DNA of 64,000 bases. It comes from Armatimonadota bacterium (GTDB lineage Bacteria; Armatimonadota; SYMT01). The stretch is taken from NCBI GenBank assembly GCA_041690135.1, contig JAWLHY010000005.1, forward strand, positions 32,001 to 96,000. Reading direction: 5' to 3'. Below are positions 58,698-64,000 of this stretch, in pieces; the stretch's first letter is position 1, and each line of letters starts with the position of its first letter. Both the position numbers and the translations under genes were made by a program. The notes under the pieces are model-generated. The model saw only the letters and a program-made list of their open reading frames with translations, made no database searches and was not told where the DNA came from.

Positions 58698-59336
58698 CTA
58701 GGAAGTCTGACCGAAGAACGCGGCGGGAGCTTCCCAGCCCGGCTGGCTGGAAACAGGCTGGCCGAGGCGCTGGAAGACCCCTTCCAGGGTTACGTAGTCC
58801 CGGTGCAGCAGGCGGGCCAGGTATTTCCCCCACTGGATCAGCTTCTCGTCCGTGCCCCAGGCCTCCCGCGCTGCCTGGAGGGCGGCGACCAGCAGGTCCT
58901 CTAGCGGGGCGTCGGGGATCTGGGTGAGGGGTCGCAGGAAGCCGGGGGTGGCGGTAAGCCCGCGGATCTCCGCAGTCGCGGCAGCATAAACGAAGCAGTG
59001 CAGCCGCGCGGGGTGCGCGGGGGTGGCCGCCACCTGCCCATGGTCGTTGCCGTAGCCCACCACGCGGGCGGTGAAGGTGGTCCGCAGCAGGGAGGGCAGG
59101 TGCGGCTTGCGCTGCTCCAACTCGCCCGGAGCCATGCGATGCGCCTGGACAATGCGGTTGCCGTCCACCGGGCCGGTACGCACGCAGGTGACCACCCCGA
59201 ACTGCGAGATGCCGCTGGGACAGTCGGCCCGTATGAAACTCCCGAAGGCGGGCGCGCAGTACAAGCGGTGGCACTCGATCTCGAGACCCTGGGAATCGGA
59301 CCCTACGATCTCCCCCAGTACAGCTGGCTCCGACAT
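58698..59336 (-). CDS. Stand-alone HAS-barrel domain protein
   Basis: LGEIVG...APAFGSFIRA...FGVV...ARVVGY...PARLHCFV pattern; position between nurA and herA. Confidence 0.7.
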   Translation of the reverse strand: MSEPAVLGEIVGSDSQGLEIECHRLYCAPAFGSFIRADCPSGISQFGVVTCVRTGPVDGNRIVQAHRMAPGELEQRKPHLPSLLRTTFTARVVGYGNDHGQVAATPAHPARLHCFVYAAATAEIRGLTATPGFLRPLTQIPDAPLEDLLVAALQAAREAWGTDEKLIQWGKYLARLLHRDYVTLEGVFQRLGQPVSSQPGWEAPAAFFGQTS

Positions 59337-59352
59337 CTCTCCCCTTTCCCGC

Positions 59353-60609
59353 TCACGCCATCGGTCGGCGCTTGCTCAAGGCCTTAGCGGACATCGCCGA
59401 TTGGGAGACGCCGCGCTCGATCAGAATACGCTCGATCAGGGCGTAGAAGCAATCCCGGTCGGGTCCACGGACCACGGCTGCTTCATGGGCTTCCGCCAGG
59501 ACCATCGGGTATCCCCCACCCACCTGGCATTGGTCCCAGAGCACGCCGTGGAGCCGCTGGAGCAATGTTTCATCCTGCCACACCCAGCGCGGCAACTCGA
59601 CGCGGGCGATTTCCGTGCCGGTGTTCATGTAGAAGAATCCGGCTGTGCCTGCGCCCTGGGTCAACTCGCTCCAGACTTTGGAGCGCAGCTCGACGATGGC
59701 CGTGCGCCGCCCCGGCTGGTCGCGCAGCAGCTCCCCCGCCAGCTCGATATCGCGCAGGCCTGCCAGGGCCAGGTGATGATCGCCCGGTCGCGGCTCCTCA
59801 TTGCGGCCGAGAAGGGTCTGGCGGCATTGAGCGCAGAGGCCCCCACCCGCGGCTACTTCGGGGCAGAGGGTGAACCGGAGCAGCGTGATCCACTCGATAG
59901 CGCGCGACCGGCTGATGAACCCGGCCACGGGCGTTCGTGATTCCAGGGCCTGGGTCAGCAGCCGCTGAAAAAGGCCCACGATCTCCGCGCGGTCGGCGGG
60001 ACGACGGAGCGTGTCGAGCATCCGCCATTGGACCAGGGGGCCGTCGAGCAGCAGTACAGTCCGCTCCGGGTCGGCCTCGGTGGCGAGGAGGCGACAGGCG
60101 AGGTTCAACTCTTCTTTCAACCGGTCGACTTCCAGCACCGGCGGCATCCCCACCGCCGCCGCGCGTGCGTCCGTACCGCGAGGCCCATCTCCGGTTTCAT
60201 CAGCCGTGCGCAGGGCTCGGCCGGGCGGCTTCAGAAGCGGGTACGACGCCAGGTGCGCCCGTGAACGGCCCTCGGGGGCGCCATAGCGGAACACAGCGCA
60301 ACCAGAATTGATGACATACCAGGGAGCGATGTGGTGGTAATCCGGAGCGACCTGGGATCCGTCTGTGGCCATGACGGTATAGTCGTCGACCGACGGGGCG
60401 GGATGGGTCTCCCGCATGTCGAGCCCCAGCGCCGGCAGGGCCATGTCCTGCTTGAAATCCTCCACGGCGTCGCGGAGATGGTCGAGGGCGCCGGCCGTCT
60501 CGAGTTGCTGGAGGCCGGCGGTGCGCTGGGCACGGGTTTGCTCGACCGAGCGGACGACTTCCTCCGCCAGGCCGTGCATTTCACTTACCAGGGCCTCCAG
60601 GTCCAGCAC
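59353..60609 (-). CDS. nurA: NurA family 5'-3' nuclease
   Basis: ATDGSQ, LLDGPL, GFISR, ARVELP, GYPMVLAEAHEAAVV. Confidence 0.9.
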   Translation of the reverse strand: MLDLEALVSEMHGLAEEVVRSVEQTRAQRTAGLQQLETAGALDHLRDAVEDFKQDMALPALGLDMRETHPAPSVDDYTVMATDGSQVAPDYHHIAPWYVINSGCAVFRYGAPEGRSRAHLASYPLLKPPGRALRTADETGDGPRGTDARAAAVGMPPVLEVDRLKEELNLACRLLATEADPERTVLLLDGPLVQWRMLDTLRRPADRAEIVGLFQRLLTQALESRTPVAGFISRSRAIEWITLLRFTLCPEVAAGGGLCAQCRQTLLGRNEEPRPGDHHLALAGLRDIELAGELLRDQPGRRTAIVELRSKVWSELTQGAGTAGFFYMNTGTEIARVELPRWVWQDETLLQRLHGVLWDQCQVGGGYPMVLAEAHEAAVVRGPDRDCFYALIERILIERGVSQSAMSAKALSKRRPMA

Positions 60610-60818
60610 TTCGCTCCCTCCCCTGCCAGTTATACCCTACGCAAGCCTGCGGCGTGCAAACTTAAGCACGCGGAAACGAGACCTGGGTGGGATTCACCGG
60701 ATCGGACAGGGAGACGCAGTACAGTTAGTGCGTGAGGACGGAGCCCCGCTGGGTTCGGTACGGATTCGAGAGTAGATGCTCGCGCGGGACGTGCGGTGCA
60801 GCGTTGACGTAACGCGGA

Positions 60819-60871
60819 GGAGCGGTGCGGTGGTGAGCCCCCGACCGGGAGATGTCGCACCGCACCGCTCC
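60819..60871. other. 14-bp GC-rich stem-loop after the STAS gene, no U-tract
   Basis: ggagcggtgcggtg...caccgcaccgctcc. Confidence 0.6.
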
Positions 60872-60884
60872 TGATGCCGCGGCC

Positions 60885-61256
60885 CTATTTACGGGGCGAG
60901 GACGTCCGCTCACTCCCCGCCTCATCGGCCGGGTAGTGGTCGATCGTAAAAGCCTCCGCGAGGCCGAGGAGCTTCAGCACCCGCTCGAGCCGGCTGCCCT
61001 CGGGAAAGAGCAGCCGGAGCTCGATCCGGCGTTCGCGGAGGCCGGTGTGGAGCCGCTGCAGCCACCGGACCCCATCACTATCGAGGTACTCGGCGGCGCC
61101 CAGATCCAGCGCCAGTGTGGAACATTCATCGCGTGTCACTCCCTCCAGTCGCTGCTGGAAGAAGGGGGTGGTCTCGCGGTCTAGGGGCCCCAGGAGACGG
61201 GTATGCAGGACCGTCCCTTCCCGGTACGCCAGCACGCGAGCCGAAAGCTCAGCCAT
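60885..61256 (-). CDS. STAS domain protein (anti-sigma factor antagonist)
   Basis: RLLGPLDRE...LALDLGAAEYLDSDGVRWL...ERVLKLLGL; alternative ATG at 61328. Confidence 0.82.
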   Translation of the reverse strand: MAELSARVLAYREGTVLHTRLLGPLDRETTPFFQQRLEGVTRDECSTLALDLGAAEYLDSDGVRWLQRLHTGLRERRIELRLLFPEGSRLERVLKLLGLAEAFTIDHYPADEAGSERTSSPRK

Positions 61257-61568
61257 ACCTGTCACTTCACACCGCCGCCGGCCGGAACTGGCGGTCTCAA
61301 CTTCTGTGCCGTCGGGCAAAACGTTCATGGGTTCCTGGTAGCTGCCCCGGTGGGCTTCCGGCAACGCGGCTGAGCGATCGCCGCCGGCGGGAGGCTCTTC
61401 GCCTCGTGGGGTTCTTTGCGGTTCGGAGATGAGGCCGTCATCTCCCGTATAGATTGTCGTCACTTTGCGGTTAGACTCAGCGCGCGGAATGCGAAATTTC
61501 CAGCTCAAGTAACTCCTCGCTTCCTGGGACGCACCGAGCTCAACGGGCCATGGCCGACGCGGATGCCA

Positions 61569-61600
61569 GAAACACACAAAGCCACGACAGAGTCGTGGCT
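61569..61600 (-). terminator. Intrinsic terminator of the riboswitch expression platform
   Basis: Minus strand agccacgac-tct-gtcgtggct followed by ttgtgtgtttct. Confidence 0.75.
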
Positions 61601-61656
61601 CGAAAACTGGCGCCCGTGTCCGCCCACCCGCAAACGCGGGAGGCGACCGGAGACCG

Positions 61657-61779
61657 GCTCTTCGTGCCACGCCGACGAGGTTAGCTGACGGGCTCGGGCT
61701 CGAAGAGCGTGCCCTGGGTCCTTGCGGACCGTTCGCCCCAAACTGTGGGTCCCCCGCTTCCCTTCCGGGAATTGAGCGT
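61657..61779 (-). ncRNA. c-di-AMP riboswitch (ydaO-yuaA class)
   Basis: Minus strand: acgctcaat...gcgggggaccca...tggggcgaa...cagggc..gctcttcg-agcccgagcccgtcagctaacctcgtcggcgt...cgaagagc; conserved core and pseudoknot pairing (gctcttcg/cgaagagc) both present. Confidence 0.93.
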
Positions 61780-61907
61780 ATCGATTGTCAGGAGTATTTT
61801 CGGTTCCCGAGGGCCCGGGTCCTCCGTTGGTTAGCGGATAACTTTGCGTCCGCCGGTTCCACCGGCCACTGGTTATTGGATGCCCGAGAGGCTCCGCTTG
61901 TTCCAGG

Positions 61908-61941
61908 AACAGAACAGGGCGCCCCCGAAGGGAGCGCCCTG
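61908..61941 (-). terminator. Rho-independent terminator after the S1-domain gene
   Basis: cagggcgctccc-ttcg-ggggcgccctg followed by ttctgtt. Confidence 0.75.
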
Positions 61942-61969
61942 CCGGTAAGTGCTGGCTGTTTGAGAAAGA

Positions 61970-63421
61970 CTAGCGCTCTTCCTCGCTCACCGCGACCCCG
62001 GTGTCGCCGGCCTCTTCTTCCGTGGCTGCGACGGGTTCCGCGTCCACGGTGGATTCGGCAGCTACTTCGGCCTCGTCTCCGGGCTCTTCGGCGCCAACTC
62101 CGGCCTCTTCACCCACGACCTCGGCCACCGCTTCGCCGGTGCCTTCGTCTACGGCTTCGCCTTCCGCGGGCTCGGCCGCCTCGGCTACTTCTACCGCTTC
62201 TACCGTACCGACTTCGGCCTGCTCCGTGCTCGCCGTCTCGTCAGCGGCCGCGGCCTCTTCTTCCGGCTCCTGTTGATACTCCTCGAAAAGGTGTCCGAAC
62301 AGGTCACCGAGCGTGGTGCGGTCGCTCGTCCGGCGAATGGTCTTCTGGTAGTTGTCGACGATCTGGCGCTCGCGCTTCTGCTCCATCTTGCGGATGCTGA
62401 AGACGATGCGGCGCTCGCGCGGTCGCAGGTCGATGACGGCGGCGTCCACTTCCTGACCTGGCTGGACCACTTCTTCCGCGGTGGTGACCCGCCGCGGGGC
62501 GAGCTCGCTGATCGGAATGAAGCCTTCGAGCCCGTCTTCCGTCAGCTCCACCACGGCGCCCTGGGGAACCGTGCCGGCGATCTTCACCTTCATCACGGTG
62601 CCGATGGCATACTTGCGGCGCGCCTCTTCCCACGGGTCATTCATCAGCCGGCGGACCGACAGCGACACACGCTGGCTGTCCGGATCGACCCGAAGTACCT
62701 TCACCTGGATCTTCTGGCCCACCTTGAGCACGTCGGACGGATGCTCGATCCGCTTCCAGGAGATCTCACTGACGTGCAGCAGACCGTCCACCCCGCCCAC
62801 GTCCACGAAGGCGCCGATGTCGGTGAGGCGGCGGACCGTGCCCTGCCGCACTTCGCCTTCCTGGAGGCGCTCAATCGCGTCCTTGCGGCGGCTCTGGCGC
62901 TCCTCTTCCTTCACCACGCGGTTGGAGAGGATCACCGTCTGCCGGTTCCGGTTGATCTCCAGGACCCGCATCCGGAGCGTCTGCCCCACGTACTGCTGCA
63001 GATTGCGCGGCTGGCTCAAGCCGACCTGGGACGAAGGGATGAAGCCGCGGACCCCGAGGTCCACCACCAATCCACCCTTCGTGGCCTCCGTAACGACCGC
63101 GGATAGGACCTCGCCCGTGTTCTTGGCACGGATCACGCGATCCCAGGCTCGCTCGCGCGGATCGAGCGCGGGCTGCAGCCGGTGCAGCAGCCCGGCATCA
63201 TCCGGGTTGCCGCTGGTTGCCGAGTGTACCAATACTTTGCGCAGGTTTTCCACGTCGTCCGAGGAAATACCGGAGCGCGCGTATTCTTCCAGCGCCTCGG
63301 CAGTCAGTCCCCTCTCTGCCAGCGCTTCTGACACGCTGGCTGGAGGATCTGCCACCCACTGCTCCAGCAGTCCTCCGATTTCCGAGGGTTTTGCCTCCGC
63401 GTTAGTTAGCGTCTCCGTCAT
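61970..63421 (-). CDS. rpsA: Ribosomal protein S1-like protein (three S1 domains, acidic tail)
   Basis: KGGLVVDLGVRGFIPSSQV; GAFVDVGGVDGLLHVSEISW; GLEGFIPISEL; TTLGDLF; RBS GGAG before ATG 63421. Confidence 0.75.
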   Translation of the reverse strand: MTETLTNAEAKPSEIGGLLEQWVADPPASVSEALAERGLTAEALEEYARSGISSDDVENLRKVLVHSATSGNPDDAGLLHRLQPALDPRERAWDRVIRAKNTGEVLSAVVTEATKGGLVVDLGVRGFIPSSQVGLSQPRNLQQYVGQTLRMRVLEINRNRQTVILSNRVVKEEERQSRRKDAIERLQEGEVRQGTVRRLTDIGAFVDVGGVDGLLHVSEISWKRIEHPSDVLKVGQKIQVKVLRVDPDSQRVSLSVRRLMNDPWEEARRKYAIGTVMKVKIAGTVPQGAVVELTEDGLEGFIPISELAPRRVTTAEEVVQPGQEVDAAVIDLRPRERRIVFSIRKMEQKRERQIVDNYQKTIRRTSDRTTLGDLFGHLFEEYQQEPEEEAAAADETASTEQAEVGTVEAVEVAEAAEPAEGEAVDEGTGEAVAEVVGEEAGVGAEEPGDEAEVAAESTVDAEPVAATEEEAGDTGVAVSEEER

Positions 63422-63762
63422 TCTGGACTCCACCTGTTGCGCACCCAAAATTCTGACCTGACCTCTGTCTCGCCAGGGCGAGTGCATGCCTTCCCTGCCC
63501 GTCGCCCCTATGTTATATCACCTGTGTCCGGAGTGCCCCGTTCGTTTGTCCACGCTCATCCCAGGTCAGATGTAGAGTTTTTCCCACATCCATCCAGCCG
63601 GAAACCGCAGTGGCCGAGTCCGGGGCAGGTGGCCGGACGCCGCTCTAGCTTACCGGATGCAGGACGTTTTGTACAGTCCCACGCCGGTTGGAAATAACCG
63701 GCTGGAAACAACGGGCTGAAAAAAGAGGAAGGGCCGAAGGGAACAAAGGGTATGGGAGAGCC

Positions 63763-64000
63763 ATGGGCACACTGCGGGATCTGACGGAGGTGGGTGACGC
63801 GATTGCCGCCAGCCCGGGGAAGCTGGAAAAGGTCCGGCTGCTGGCGGAGTTCCTCCAGGTGCTTTCGGACGCGGACCTCTACTGGGGCACCCTGTATTTC
63901 ACGGGCGCGGCTTTCGCGCCGGGGTCCGGTAAGGTGACCCAGGTGGGGTTTGCCTCCCTGCAGGCGGCGGTGATGACCGTGTCCGGCTGCTATGAGGAGA
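63763..64000 (+). CDS. ATP-dependent DNA ligase, N-terminal part (runs off window)
   Basis: Own translation, not in the ORF track: MGTLRDLTEVGDAIAASPGKLEKVRLLAEFLQVLSDADLYWGTLYFTGAAFAPGSGKVTQVGFASL, resembling the DNA ligase N-terminal domain; RBS GGGAG. Confidence 0.7.
   Translation, partial: MGTLRDLTEVGDAIAASPGKLEKVRLLAEFLQVLSDADLYWGTLYFTGAAFAPGSGKVTQVGFASLQAAVMTVSGCYEE

Noticed and set aside
61810-61875. c-di-GMP-I riboswitch in tandem with the c-di-AMP switch (minus strand gccggtggaaccggc-ggacgcaaag); also weak look-alikes near 61355-61470 and 48640-48660
   Set aside because: The 5' GGCAAA element and the tetraloop-receptor stem are missing; only short fragments match. An Infernal search would settle it

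Overview
GC-rich bacterial chromosomal window. The gene mix (three DUF1501 paralogs, a prepilin/DUF1559 H-X9-DG protein, a PEP-CTERM protein and an SBBP-repeat protein) suggests Armatimonadota or a similar lineage; this is an inference. Main contents in order: a DUF1501 cluster, a Wsp-like chemosensory operon ending in a hybrid kinase, a lysozyme-like protein, DoxX, nfi, rimO-hypothetical-gltX-amidohydrolase pair, surface proteins, an M16 peptidase and serine hydrolase, arsS-like radical SAM, prfC, hemH-hemY, a tandem SPFH operon, a nurA-HAS barrel-herA-sbcD(mre11) operon, an atypical S1 protein and the start of an ATP-dependent DNA ligase. Four signals are not evident from the ORF track. (1) An exported thioredoxin/heme-c/PDZ selenoprotein, split by an in-frame UGA and followed by a SECIS-like hairpin (21287-22555). 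(2) A c-di-AMP (ydaO) riboswitch with terminator/antiterminator upstream of a STAS gene, which itself lies upstream of the nurA-herA-mre11 operon. (3) A 649-aa multi-winged-helix protein with an RNA polymerase delta-like tail. (4) A dispersed ~160-bp non-coding element, one copy of which carries a nested ~36-bp mini-insertion. No tRNA, rRNA, CRISPR array or transposase was seen. All calls come from reading motifs by eye; no database searches were run.
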